Source of the DNA: Takakia lepidozioides
Taxonomy: Eukaryota; Plantae; Bryophyta
Direction: 5' to 3'
Length of the DNA stretch: 64,000 nucleotides
Assembly (NCBI GenBank): GCA_030704615.1
Contig: CM060732.1
Location: 58,466,001-58,530,000, forward strand
Below are positions 35,651 through 49,899 of this stretch, piece after piece (positions within the stretch are counted from its first letter, which is position 1; every line of letters begins with the position of its first letter). The notes below the pieces were generated by a model. That model was given only the letters and a program-made list of their open reading frames with translations. It had not been told where the DNA came from and ran no database searches. Position numbers and translations under genes: made by a program.

Positions 35651-36629
35651 TCATTCCATGATGCTTGTCTTGGTAGAGCAGCATCATGAATGAGAGGGAT
35701 GCCTTCTTCATGAATGAGCTACATAGCAGCCATCAACAACACAACTGCTCGGGTGCATCTGACATGGTGTCTCACACTGGATTGTCAAGTAGATTCTCAT
35801 CCAAAAACAGAACATAAAGATTGCTTAACATCCCCAACATACTTGCAGCCCATCAAAGGATGACTCTCTCTCTAAGCAAGCTTACAGCAGGTATCACTTC
35901 ATCTTTGATTCACCCTGTATTTCTTGACCAAAAGTTGGCTGATGGTGGTATGTCTGCTTCCATTACCTTCGCAAACACACACCTACAGTTCATAAAGATA
36001 TACAAAGTATAGAGAGATGATGCTGACACAAGCCAATGTAAATAATCCCAGATTCACATTGCAGCTCTCCAAGCAACCACACACAGGCTGGGTGCCTTCA
36101 AGCTGAACTCCAACTCAGGCTAATGAAGCAAAGAGGCAAATTAGCCCAAACTCGAAGAAGACCATTCTAGACTCTACCTTGCAGTGATCCATGTCTCCTC
36201 AAGTTGCTTGTGGTGAAACCCCCACTCTCTACACCCACTTTTGCTACTCACAACAAATTTTGTATCAAAGTCCAACAGTAAGTCTGTTTTGATTTTCCCT
36301 CTGTGCGTAAAGATACTCCACTCTGCCTGCCATGAACTGGAAGGAAAAGGTGATCATCACAGCAATGGGATGAATAGTCTGTAACATAAAACTTCTCAAA
36401 GTCTGGTGTAAATCAGTGCATACTAATAGTGCCTAACAGAAGAGTGCTTAACCACTCTTCCACATTCAGTCCTAAAATGCTGCATCTCACTTTTGTCTTG
36501 CCTAATTAGCTCTCATCTAAACCTGTCACAAGGGCAAACCAATCATTCCACTGCCTGACAATCTAACCTGGCTGTAGCTTCTTCCATACCAAAACCTAAC
36601 CCCACCTGGCTGGTGCACCAAAATGACAA

Positions 36630-38619
36630 CTAGTCGAGCTTCACGGAGGAGAAGAGATAGTAGACAAAGTAGCAGGATGTCAGAAACCCTATAGTGCCGG
36701 TTGCAAACATGATGGCAAGAGCCATCACCACTGAGTAGCCCATGTACAGAACAGCTGATACCGGCCCACTCAAACTGTGGAGATCAAATACTAAGTAGTT
36801 GATGGAGTATAGGAAGACGTAGAGTGCCACTGAGCCAGACGCAAAGAAGGACTTCCACCACCACCGATGGTCCTCCACACACAGATGCATGTAGGTGAGC
36901 ACCACTGATACCTCCGCACACACAATCACCAGCAGCACTAACACCACAAACAAAAACCCAAACACGTAGTATACACGGCCCATCCAGATGCTGGACATGA
37001 TGAAAAACAGCTCAATGAAGAGAGTCCCAAAGGGTAGAGTCCCAGCGCCCAACACCAGCAGCCATGAAGGGTACTTTTGGGGGGGAACTTCCCGGGGAAT
37101 CTGGTTGGTGCGCACAGGGTACTTGATTGGCTCCGCTCGTGCGCCCAAATAGCCCCCCAACAATGTCAGCGGTACAGAGATCCCAAACCATAGAAGTAGC
37201 AGGATGAAGAAGAGATATATGGGGATGGCGCCTGTACTATCGTTTGCCCACAAAATGAAGTTCAGCACAGTGAGTATGCTGAAGGCAATGCCTGGGAAGA
37301 AACAAGCCACCCGCCACGAGACTGTCCTCCAGCCTTTGGAATCACCCTTGATGGTGCACCACAACCTGGCACCCACATAACCAGCAGCCATCCCCAAAAA
37401 GAGATACAGCAGCACCATTCCCGTAAGTAGCATGCCGCGCGATGCGGGTGACATGAACCCAAATGCTGCAAACAAAATGGTAACAATTGCCATGCCCGTG
37501 ATTTGAACCCCATCCCCAACAACAACACAGAGAAGCTGAGGGTGAGTTGGCGCCCGAAATACATCACCCCACCACCAGCTTCCACCCGGATAGTTCCTCA
37601 GTCATTTGTGCCTGGGCTTCTTTGTCGAGCTCTTCATACTTGGTCAGATCTCGACGCACAGTTCTTAAGAAGATGACAAACACGATGCCAGTAAGGAACG
37701 AAATTACCATGAGCGAGTTCAGGATAGAGAACCAATGCACCCGTGCACCCTCCATCTTAAGGTACGCATCCCATCGGCTAGGCCACCGGATCGAGCTAAC
37801 TTCAAAGTGCACATCATAAGAGAACACAATCTGCTCCCCAAGCTTGATTGGCTGGTGTGGGCCATCCGCAGTACAAGGAGCCTGCTTGAGATTGCCAAGT
37901 TCAGGCAATGTAAGCGCATCCCCATCACGAGGGATACTGCAGGGTACCACCTCAAAACCAACCACCATAAATGTGCCTGACATATTTCTACCAGTTCCTG
38001 TGGGCAAGGCATCGATCCCATCACCTGTAGCCATGACAGCCCCCACGGAACCGATGGTATCCTCGTATTCGTGGATCAACACCTTGAACTTGAGGTGATT
38101 GTAAATGTAGTAATTTTTGTTCTGTTCATAACCGATAGGAAATCCGGTCCACCGCATCAGAACTTTAGACTCCGCCGTTTGCCGAGTGAACCTTGTCACC
38201 GGAAGGTTGTCCAAAATGAGATTGATCTGATAGTAGTCGTCAATCCGCTGCTTCAAATGCTTCACGTCATTCTCTGACAGGGGTTTCGAGTGGCAGAGTT
38301 TGACACTTGACTCGTCCTGCTTCATATGGAACGTGTACGGAGAGCTCTCAATCTGGTCACCCATCAGAAGCTCGCCAAGATTCTCGGCTACTTTCTTGAT
38401 ACCATCTTTGGGCTTGCAAAATGGGAGGCTGTAGTAACTGTAGGGCAGCTCGGAGTCGATCGAGGTGATGGAATTGACCTTAACCGCCAGTTCCTTGCCC
38501 TTTGCATAGGCATGCATGTAGCTACCCGGCAGATAGAACCCCTGCACACTCTGCAGGAAACAGATGCACAATACCGCAAGCACAGCTACAGCTGCGGCCA
38601 TTGTCGCCATGCCGCCCAC
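36630..38619 (-). CDS. TM9SF: Transmembrane 9 superfamily (EMP70/nonaspanin, TMN11/12-like) protein, intronless, with a +1 frameshift at 37567-37570
   Basis: Signal peptide then FYLPG, YSYYSLPFC, ENLGELLMGD, HWFSILNS, GWKLVVG/DVFR, PVRTNQIPR, C-terminal KLD (KxD/E motif). Confidence 0.95.
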
Positions 38620-39004
38620 TCCTCAAATACCGTTCCCTGCCCCTCGTACCAAGGGTCGTGAATGTGGGACGCTCTTCACCTGCTCCCTCATTTAGCACCT
38701 AGCCGCTCTCATCTTCCTGTCAGAAAACACCTACATCAGCATCCACACTCTCGATCTGCCTCCGACACTCTGCATCTGGGTTTTTCTGCAGTAGAGAGAA
38801 GCGAGAGAGAGAGAGAGAGAGGGGGGGCTCCACATGTGCGAGCGACTGTAAATAGAGGAAGGAAGGGAGGCCGTTAGTTGATGGTTGCACTGCTAGAACT
38901 GTGGCCCTCTTATTACTATGCTTAGAGGGGGGCGGAGGGGGAGGGGGGCCTGTCAAATCTCCCTACCCCCTCTTACCCCGGATTCGCTATTAAATACTTT
39001 AGAA

Positions 39005-39175
39005 AGTATGACGCCTCCCCAAGAGAGCGTAACTTATGGTGTCATTTCACCACAAGGGCTACTGCCTTCCAGCTGAAAGGTGGACACCTTCATGACACAC
39101 CAGACCGTAGTTTGAACCCACAACCACATCCAACGTGGTATGTGCCCATTACCACTCGGTTATATGCTGGTTGTC
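39005..39175 (-). mobile_element. Complete tRNA-derived SINE (~170 bp) with a 14-bp TSD
   Basis: TSD TAAATACTTTAGAA at 38991-39004 and 39176-39189; A box TAACCGAGTGG; B box GGTTCAAAC. Confidence 0.85.
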
Positions 39176-40227
39176 TAAATACTTTAGAATGTAGGAGGTC
39201 TTCAAGCAGCCGTGACTAGCATACTGGTAAGGTGATGGCAGTTACACTCCCTTCTGTTCAAGAGAAACCAATAGGAATAATGTAAGAACTTATTGCAAGC
39301 AAGTGTCTGATTTGACTGTACTTTTGCCGTCTGTAATCGGCTCCTCCGGCGGGCCTCCTTGTCAAATTCTCCCCACCCCTTCTTACCTGGACACTATAAA
39401 AAGTTTTAGTGTAGGGTTTGACTTTGCTGTATTGTTATTTTACCCTTGTCGGTGTCAGTCCAGTGATGTCACCCACAACCTCAAGAGTGATACAGATTGG
39501 AGTGACACCCACGCCGGAGTGACAAACATGTGACATCACCAAAGTGACATTAGTGATTTGAGTGACACTCGAGACAACGTTGGACATCCCAATGGCATTC
39601 AAGGGAGTGTCACTCCAATTGGTGTAACTTCCACTTGGTGTCACAAAATTTGACGAAGTATCAAAAATACAAAAATGAAAGTGGCCAGTCTGCCAAGATG
39701 GAAACCCACATCACTTACTACATGCTCCCCGAGATCCCACAATTGCATCAAGTTATCAAGTTCTTACATTATTGCTATTGTCTCATTTTTAATAGACTTT
39801 CGAACTATAATATCTGAAATGAGGTACCGCATTATCTCGCAAGTGGCATTTAGAACCACATTAAGGACTTGGATTTGTTTTAACATCAAGTCTTACAACC
39901 ATAATTTAATGTAGTGGCTTTTGGCAAGTTGTGGTTTGTGTACTGTGTCAATATCATGAGTTTTTTTGCTTTATGGTTTGTGTATTTTGTTCCTAAAATT
40001 TTCTAGGATTTGCATAGACAAAGTTCTCATATAAGGTATTTGATTATGTGGAATGTTATGGAATGGTGAATGATATGCTCATGATTGTGAGTTGAATACT
40101 TGCAAGCTTATAACTCTGTGTTCATGGTACTGCAATCTTGCGATATATGCAGCTTTGTGATTTGCACTCGATATTTAGAGTCTATGGTGTAGTATGACTA
40201 AACTATGCAACATAAGTCTACCCGTTA

Positions 40228-40660
40228 GAAATGAAATGAAATGAAATGGTGTTGTATAACGTCCGCGGAAAGTCATAGAGCTTATGGGACAAAATGGGAA
40301 GAAAAACATGAGAGAAAACAAGAAACCGGAGTCAGAGATAAGAACTATTGTTCGAGTGATTGTCTCAAGGTGAATGTCTCGTGCAGGTACTAGGCTACCA
40401 AGCATTTCTGATCTTCATAGTGAAAGACTTCAGTGATAGATTGGGTTCCACGGAATAGACAATGGAATCTCCCACGGATCTCATAATATAGAGGGCAATA
40501 GAAGAAGAAATGTTCTTAAGTTTCAATTTTCTGGTTGCGCCCTGTGCAAGCTGGACATAGGCGGTCCTCCCGTGCAGGTTTTTCCATCTACCAGTCTCTA
40601 TCCGTAGGTTGTGGGAGCCCACCCTGAACCGCCCCAAAGCCCTCAAGAGACAAAACTACT
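40228..40660 (-). mobile_element. LINE 3' end fragment with an (ATTTC)n tail
   Basis: ALGRFRVGSHNLRIETGRW followed by HF..CPLY..IR-like residues; (GAAAT)n at ~40228-40247. Confidence 0.7.
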
Positions 40661-41989
40661 ACAAAAACCGGTTTTTCCAACACCACCCATAGTTCATACC
40701 TGGCACTTTGAACAGCTCCTCTTACACCCATGTGAGAGGAGGCAAGGTGTGATCTGGACCATTGTAGGAAAACCCACACGGTGTTACAAATTTCACACTC
40801 GAATGACACCCATACGGTCAACGGGTGTTGACCAAGATAATGCATATGGGGCATTTGACATGAGTGTGAAATGAGTCATGGAGTGTGAGGTTAGTGTGAG
40901 ATGTCCTACAGGAATTTGGGGCAACTATATGGCGTGGCACATTGACCATCCAGGTGGAAGATAGATGGATGAAATGACTTCCACCTCTATTCAACATGCC
41001 TTGGACGACATAACACATAGACTTTTGTTTAGAGAATTTAAAAGTTCAAAAATGTTATTAGGGTTATGGGGTCTGCATGTAGAGGGCTATGGGACTTGTA
41101 GTTTTTCTTTGCCGACTCGTTTAGAATCTGAATGCCCACCAGTGCAGGCCATCCATTTAAGTTGATGCCAAAATGCATTTTCATCCAAACATCAAAGCTC
41201 TCAAAATAGACAACCTCAAGTAAAATGAGAAAGAGATCGGCAGAACCGAAAGGGCATAGAATTCTCTTCAATATTGAACACTGCCTACAACTATTGGCTA
41301 TAACTTGCCCTCTGTCCTGTCACATATAATCCCTTCGGGAACCAGCAATCCAAAAAGATGCACTGTTCATGCAGTTGACGACAATATCGTTATGAGAATG
41401 TCACACTATAATCAACAATGTACAACAATTGCTTTGAGAAGCTATAGATAAAACTACCTCATGTCGTCTCAGAGATTTGTGAGCGCCAAAAATGTCAATC
41501 CCATTTCTGTCCAGTCAACCTTGACACGCAGTTCGGGACACGCAGCAGAGAGGGCGTAGGCGCATGTGCACAACAACCCTAGGCCCCTCACAATGAGACA
41601 GTCTGAAGCTGAGCTGAGCACGAATTTCAATCTCTACTAGTCCAACCGTACTAGAGAAATATCCAGTGATCCTCAGACAAGGCTTTCTTCACCACCTTAC
41701 AAAAATTGTTCCCAATGACTACCTCCCTGTCCACATTGTTGCTTGATGTCGAGAAGCTTGGACAAAGTGCCTTGCTCTTTGTGACTGGCTCCCTTTTTGA
41801 GACAGCAGGGTTTTTTTTTTACGGGTGTACTTCACTCACAACCGTCTTTTTTACACTACGTCCCGGATATCAATGATCGGCCCAGCCTGAATTTTGCCCC
41901 ACCCTATCAAGCGCGAGTGTTTTTTAACTAGTGCTTTTCAACTCGTCTGCTGAGGGCCCCTTTCTCCCCTCTACTGGTACATGTCAAAA

Positions 41990-43980
41990 TCACTCCAAGA
42001 GCCATAGTGTTGGAAAACTGCCTTCGCATCCTTGATGCTCCCACATTTGGCATACATGTCCACGAGGGCACTGTCCAGAATCACAATCAGGTACAATTCC
42101 AGCTTTGACAATGAAACCATGGACCTGATCTTCCCTTTTCCAGAGCTGGCAAGCTTGCCCTTGATGCTCCCACATTTGGCGTACATGTCCATGAGGGCAT
42201 TGTTCAGAATCACATCAGGTACAATTCCAGCTTTGACAATGAAACCATGGACCTCTTCCCTTTTCCAGAGCTGCCAGGCTTGCCCTTCATGCTGACACAT
42301 TTGGCATACATGTCCACGAGGGCATTGTCCAGAATCACATCAGGTATAATTCCAGCTTTGACAAATGAAACCATGGACCTCTTCCCTTTTCCAGAGCTGC
42401 CAGGCTTGCCCTTGATGCTCCCACATTTGGCATACATGTCCACGATTGGCATACATGTCCACGAGGGCATTGTCCAGAATCACAGTCAGGTACAATTCCA
42501 GCTTTGACAATGAAACCATGGACCTGATCGGAACCTTTTCCAGAGCTGGCAGGCTTGCCATTGATGCTCCCATGTTTGGCATACATGTCCACGAGGGCAT
42601 TGTCCAAAATCACAATCACGTACAATGCAAGCTTTGACAATGAAACCATAGACCTGATCTTCCATTTTCCAGAGCTGGCAGGCTTGCCCTTGATGCCCCC
42701 ACATTTGGCGTACATGTCCACGAGGGCATTGTTCAGAATCACATCAGGTACAATTCCACCTTTGACAATGAAACCATGGACCTCTTCCCTTTTCCAGAGC
42801 TGCCAGGCTTGCCCTTCATGCTGACACATTTGACATACATGTCCACGAGGGCATTGTCCAGAATCACATCAGGTATAATTCCAGCTTTGACAATGAAACC
42901 ATGGACCTCTTTCTTTTTCCAGAGCTGGCAGGCTTGCCCTTGATGCTCCCACATTTGGCATACATGTCCACAAGGGCATTGTCCAGAATCACAATCAGGT
43001 ACAATTCCAGCTTTGACAATGAAACCATGGACCTGATCAGAACCTTTTCCAGAGCTGGCAGGCTTGCCATTGATGCTCCCACGTTTGGCATACATGTCCA
43101 CGAGGGCATTGTCCAGAATCACAATCACGTACAATGCAAGCTTTGACAATGAAACCATAGACCTGATCTTCCCTTTCCCAGAGCTGGCAGGCTTGCCCTT
43201 CATGCTCCCACATTTGGCATACATGTCCACGAGGGCATTGTCCAGAATCACAATCACCTACAATGCAAGCTTTGACAATGAAACCATAGACCTGATCTTC
43301 CCTTTCCCAGAGCTGGCAGGCTTGCCCTTCATGCTCCCACATTTGGCATACATGTCCACAAGGGCATTGTCCAGAATCACAATCAGGTACAATTCCAGCT
43401 TAGACAATGAAACCACGGACTTGATCTTCCCTTTTCCGGAGCTGGCAGGCTTGCCCTTGATGCTCCCACATTTGGTATCCCTAAAGCATGGACCTAATCT
43501 TCCCTTTTCCAGAGCTGCCAGGCTTGCCCTTCATGCTAACACATTTGGCATACATGTCCACGAGGGCATTGTCCAGAATCACATCAGGTACAATTCCAGC
43601 TTTGACAATGAAACCATGGACCCGATCTTCCCTTTTCCAGAGCTCCCAGGCTTGCCCTTCATGCTGAAACATTTGGCATACATGTCCACGAGGGCATTGT
43701 CTCGAATCACATCAGGTATAATTCCAGCTTTGACAATGAAACCATGGACCTCTTCCCTTTTCCAGAGCTGCCAAGCTTGCCCTTGATGCTCGCACATTTG
43801 GCATACTTGTCCACGAGGGCATTGTCCACAATCACAATCAGGTACAATTCCAGCTTTGACAATGAAACCATGGACCTGATCAGAACCTTTTCCAGAGCTG
43901 GCAGGCTTGCCCTTGATGCTCCCACATTTGGCATACATATCCATGAGGGCATTGTTCAAAATCACATCAGGTACAATTCC
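41990..43980 (-). repeat. Tandem array of ~15 units (125-130 bp) derived from a PLS-class PPR coding fragment
   Basis: Each unit encodes pieces of [40 protein letters not shown] with frameshifts. The last unit continues DAKAVF. Confidence 0.9.
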
Positions 43981-44407
43981 AAAAATGTGGCCCTCTTGGA
44001 TGAATCTGGGCCCACACTCTATCCCTGCTCCTTCAGCTATCCATGCCTCTCACAAATCATGCATACATCTTTGTCTTGCTGGTAGCAACTAACAATAACA
44101 GCCTACATTTGTTCTAGGAAACACCCAACTCAACTTCTCACACTAGTTCCTATGCTCAATTGCATCTGCTACTCTCTATAATCCAACATGCATTCACCTT
44201 TTTGCCACAATTGGCCCACCATTGACTAGGGTCAGAAAGGTATGCAGGCCACAACTCCATGACTGTTTAGGGTTCACTGTCACAAATGAAAGTGTGTTTG
44301 TCAGAATTTTGCCCACCCCAACAGCTCAGTCATTCCCACCCATGCAAGGTACCATGTTGTATCAAGTCTAAACCCTGGAAAAATACATGCAATAGCAGAA
44401 ACCAACT

Positions 44408-47400
44408 CTAGACCATAGCACAACTGGCCTGGTATCTCCCATGTGGAGCTTGCCTCCGCCTTCTACCATTTTGCCTCTGCCTTGCAAGTGCATTCAAGTT
44501 GGCAATGGCCAATTCATCTGCCTCACTCAAAGGAACACAAACAGCAAGCTCAGTCATGATGTTATAAGGAATTTCAGGAGGCACCATGCCTACATAAGTG
44601 TCTCCCTCACCCAGTGCCACTTCTGTAATATCGTGAACCACTCGTCGGGATCGAGGGTCCTTGTGAAGGACCACCTTCCAGTTCCCTCGTGAACTTTTTT
44701 CATCCGAGAAAAAAACTTGCTCCACCTGACTAGGGAATGTCCAGGGCTGCTCCATCCGAGGTAACATGCGACTGAAGTCAACCAAGAGAAAGCCATAATC
44801 ATCTCGTTTCATGGTGGCATTTCGGCCCACCATGTGTGACCTCACCCATCTACACAAGAACAGAATTGGGTGAAGAATTCCGTAATCCAGTTGAATTATT
44901 TCTGTTACAACACCCACATATTCCAATTGGGATAACACTCGTTTGGACATACCTGCTCTATTTTCGCTTTCCTGATGGAATACTTGAGCAACTCCAGAAT
45001 CAAATGTCACCCTGTCTATGGCGCCAGTCCCATCACGTATTGCTCGAAAGTGATTGCCGTAAGCATACATGGACTTGAAGCCCAAGGACTGTACTGCTGG
45101 TGGTATACATAAATGGCATATGTCCAAATAATAGGACTCACCTGAACTCACCTTGCGTTGGACAGCACCTTCAATCCATTCATGGAATGGAGCCAGTAAG
45201 CGCATATCTGTTGGGTATGGAATTTCTCCATTGTGGTGGTCTTGGTCTTGTCCACAAAGGAATGCTGTTCTGAACTCAGTGCGGGATGCTTCTATGAGTG
45301 CCATCTCCTCTTCATAGGCCCTGTCCAAATGAGAATTGCAAATTAGGATTACAACTTATACCATTGGCAGAAATGAAACACACAGGATATGATAAGCAAC
45401 ATACTTACTCAAGGAATGGTTTCATGCAATCTGTGTTGTGCAAAATATACTCGTGTGCACTGTCTCGTTCTTGAATGGTGAGGACTCGTACACTTCCCAA
45501 TCCTTGAACCACCTCCCCACTAACTGAGTCTTCTTCATTGGAGTCCCACACCCTTCGGCTTGTAGCATGAAATTCAGCCATATACTCAGTTAGAAACCCT
45601 AGGGCCTCATCCAAAGCATACCCTTCCGCCATGCTCCCTTCAGGTCGGCTCATATTTCTTACATAGCCTTTTAATGTCTTCATATACCGTTCCATAGGAT
45701 ACATCCAACGGCTAGACACGGGACCACACACCTCCAATTTGTCCAGGTGTACAAGCAAGTGAGTCATGATATCAAAAAATGACGGAGGGAATTCTTTCTC
45801 CAGCAGACACATAGTGATTGCAACATCTTCTTTTAAGGCCGGTAGCTCAGTTGGATTAATGATCTTTGCACACACTTTTCGGAAGACTCGAGAAAGCCTC
45901 ATAATTGCCATCCATGGACCCTTTCCCAATACCCCTCGAATGCAAAGAGGTAAAATCTGCTGCATCATTACATGGTAGTCATGGGTTTTCATTGTAGACA
46001 GTTTATTGTCAGCCACATGTTTCTGGAATGTGGCAGCATAACCTGTGGGGGCCTTTACTGCAGCCAATGTTTCCAAAAACAACACCTTCTCATCTTCAGT
46101 AAGAACATATGGGGCCAAAGGCTTCACCAACTTGTTCGGGTGAGAGGGATGGGGTCTCAACCACAAGTGTTCACGAATGACATTGAGTTCCATATCCTTC
46201 CTAGATGTGGCTGTGTCCTTCTCCCCAAGAATGGTTCTCAGCACATTCTCACACAAATTTTTTTCACAATGCATCACATCCAGTGTGTATCGGATGAGTA
46301 AGTCTTTCCAGTATGGCAATTGGTTCAAAACAATGACCCGTTTCATGCCATGTTCCTTTGAAGGGTCCTGTTTTCCCCCCTCAGCCCCTCCCATTGCGAG
46401 ATACAACTCTCTCGTTTTAGCCCGGTCAAATTGCTCACTTGCAGTGACCACCATAGGAGCTGCTCTATGTTCCACATGTCCATTAAAGTGGGACGAGTTA
46501 TTCCTATAGGGATGAACAGCAGGCAAGTATCTCCTATGACCAAGATACAAAACTTTTTTGCATGCCTTCGAGTACCTGGAATCAACATTAGGGCCGCAAG
46601 TTGGGCAAGCCTTGTATCCCCCGTGTGCGCATCCTGCTAGCAACCCATAAGCTGGAAAGTCATGGATTGACCACATCAAGATGGTCCTCATGCGAAATGA
46701 CTGTTGCCCCACTAGGCTACTTCCATCCAATGCCTCCACACCAACTTCCCACAACAATTTTAGCTCATCCACAAGGGGCTACAGATAAACATCTGCATTG
46801 TCATTTCCCACAGATTGTGGTCCAGGAATCAATAAAGCCAACATCGTGAAAAATGGCTTAGTACACAGCCAGGGTGGAAGATTATAGTTTACCAACATGA
46901 CAGGCCAAGTTGACCATTTGTTTGATTTATCACTGTAAGGATTGACACCATCCCATGCAAGACCCAATCGCAGATTTCTGGGGTCCGCTGCAAACTCAGG
47001 CCATTTTTGGTCAATGTGGGCCCAAGCCTTGCTGTCTGCTGGGTGCCTAACCAAGCCATCCAGACTTCGATTCTTAAAGTGCCATGACATTAACTCTGAG
47101 ATGGATTTGGCTTTATACATTCGAAGCAGCCTTGGAATGATAGGGAAATGTCGAAGGACCTTACGAGGTACTGGTGTCTTCGTACCCACCAAATAACGAC
47201 GTGCCTGACATTTTGGACAAACCTCCAAATTCTGAAGCTCCCTTCTGAACAACACACAGCCTTTCGGACATGCATGTATACTCTCGTAATGAAGCCCGAG
47301 TTCCATTATGAGTTGTTTTGCCTCATAGTGGGACTTTGGAAGGCAATTGTCTGCTGGCAACAGTTGTCTTCCTAACAATGTAAGGAGTTCATCGACAAAG

Positions 47401-47795
47401 GTGTTTGACACACCATGGGTTTGACAAGCATTTAACAGCAGTAAGGTAGCAGACAATCGAGAGGAAGAACTCCCTACATATAAAGCCCTGGATGCCTCGT
47501 GCTCAAAACGTAAGGCACTCGCTGCACCACGATCACCATCGCTCTTCAGTCCACCATCAGTCTGCTCTGGCACTCCATCTGTGTCCCATTGGCCCTGTGT
47601 TCCATCTCCCGGTTCCTCATGTGCATCACCAGTTTGCACCCCATTATCTATAGTTGCGAATGTCTCCCGGAGCATTCTAAGCATGTCAAGATTACGATCC
47701 AAGGTATCAGGACCACCTGCAGGGCTGGTTTCCGTTCTAAACCCCTCATGTTCGTCTCCAGAGTTTTCCTGCTTAGTACATATCAGACGCCACAT
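44408..47795 (-). mobile_element. CACTA/En-Spm transposase (Transposase_21, DUF4218- and DUF4216-like), with one stop at 46779 and a probable short intron at ~45330-45405
   Basis: IHACPKGC, LRLGLAWDGVNPY, STWPV..NYNLPPW, DFPAYG, DVMHCEKN, FPPSFFDIMTHLLVHL, RWMYPMER, LFLCRW. Confidence 0.93.
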
Positions 47796-48020
47796 GTCAA
47801 TCCACTATAAGATGGGGAGTTTTTTCATTTGCAATAGTGGATGTGGAACGTGCCATTTGTACAGGCACGTGGCAATAGGAAAACGGACATGTACAATACT
47901 CTACACCTTACAACAATACCGCTACCAGGAATTTGAACTGTTTCTTATAATTTCAAAGTATGCATCTGCAAAGGGAAGAGAATCCAGAGATATGCACCGG
48001 GAGTTCTCGTAAGTTAGGAT

Positions 48021-49899
48021 TGTAGTGTGAATGCAGGGGGTAAAAATTCAAGTTTTTGTTTGGCATCAGGTTTCGGCACTACTACAAAGGGAGTGCCCTT
48101 CGTGCTAATGAAGGGGAGGAATTGTCCATAACTTGAGGTAATTCCATGGAAAAACTATGCTATTGATCTGCCAAGAACAAAATATGGCTAAGTTATGACA
48201 TGCACCTTTTTCATCCCTAGGATGAATGATTTTCATCCATGATGTTGAACCCTAGAAGCAGGATGTGAAATTCGAAGGGGAAGAGTGCGTGCATCTTTTC
48301 GCAGCTGCTGCAGTGGTGTTGGCAGCACAGGATATCTGAGAAAGTTCCACCTACGCAAAGGGTATCAGCTTGCTTTAAAGAGAAACGTTAAGAGCTCCTG
48401 CTTGGCTTTCTGTGCAAGAAGAAGCGGTGCCGCCTTCTTCGAAAGCAATTATCAAACCTGAGGGATCAGGTTTGTGATAAGGGCGGTGCACCACTGCTGT
48501 CGCCATTGTCTTGATGAGCACATTAATGAGGAGATGGAGCGGCTCAGCAGGTGTTGGGGGATGAGAAGTACAGGTTGGTGTGTATAGCGCCTCAGGTTGT
48601 CTGTGATCAAATCTTGTAGCTGCTGTCTGTTTGAGAGCTTTAGGACCAGATCACTTTGTAAGGGAAGAGAGTAAGCATTTTTTGCAGCTGCTGCAGTGGT
48701 GTTGGCAGCACAGGATATCTGAGAAAGTTCCACCTACGCAAAGGGTATCAGCTTGCTTTAAAGAGAAACGTTAAGAGCTCCTGCTTGGCTTTCTGTGCAA
48801 GAGGAAGCGGTGCCGCCTTCTGGTGTGTATGGCGCTTAAGCTATCTATAATTAAGTTTTGTATCTGCTCTCTGTCTTAAGGGCTGTAGGACCAGATCACT
48901 TCATAGGGAAGAAATGCACATGTAGAAGGATAGGGTAGAGGTTGGCAGGCACAAGGATGTGCCAGCAGCTGAAGCGGAGCCATCATGCCTTAATGAGGAC
49001 TGGAATCACGATAAGAAGAAACGTCGGAAATGGCTGACGAGGGAGATGACAAGGTGCCTTCTTGACAGGCAGACCCACCGCTTCAATGAGTATAAGACAG
49101 ATAAGTTCGAAGAGTGTTGGCTTCCTTTTTGGCACTTAGGAATGACTTTGTGAAGTTTTTGGAACTGTCTCTTGTATCTACTGAAGGAGACAGAAATGTG
49201 AGGAGTAGAAAAGGCCTTTGAAAAATGGAATGAAGACACTGGAATTCAAACCAGGATAGGGTGGAGATGGATGCACCTGTTGTTACACTGTTATTAGGAA
49301 AATGAGAGGGGATAGGGATATCTCACCTCAGGGTCAGAATGGTTGCTGTTCTTGTGTTCCTTTTCTTTGTTTTCAGTGTTTTCAGCCAGCAAAACAATGC
49401 AGCCTTGGATGTTAAAACAGTGGAGCCAGTGTAGAACTAGCTTAGAGGAATGAGGAAAACAAGGATGGTCATTCAGAAACTGATTTGAAGAGCTGAGAAG
49501 GGATGACGTGGATGGGGAAGAAAAGTCAATACTGTTTTGGGGTTTGGATCTGATTTCTAGAAGTGTTCTCAACATGTGAATGACTGATGTTCGAAGTTGA
49601 GGAGAAAAGGAGAGCTGTCAGGGTGTGTGATTTGAGATCTGTAGAAGGGTTGTGAAGCACCTTGACCAAACAGGATACACTTGGGGAAAGGTAGTGCAAG
49701 GACTAGTCACTGGAAAGAGAGAGAGAAAAAGACTGACAGAGGGGCAGATTATCTCTTGTGTGACCAAGGTTGACTTCAATGATGGATGCACTGGATGCCC
49801 GGCTGGATGTGCATTGCATTGCATCGTAGCCATGCTGTTGTGGAGAAAAGTGAGGAATCCACACATGAAAGAAAAGGAGTGTGAGAGAAAAAAAAGGTG
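48021..49899 (+). repeat. Element E 5' LTR, 3'-truncated (no PBS seen)
   Basis: Nearly identical to 56483-58358. Internal ~140-bp direct repeat at ~48300-48440 and ~48683-48821. Confidence 0.93.

Noticed and set aside
41990-43980. Functional PPR gene or CRISPR-like array
   Set aside because: Units are frameshifted, head-to-tail and have no unique spacers.
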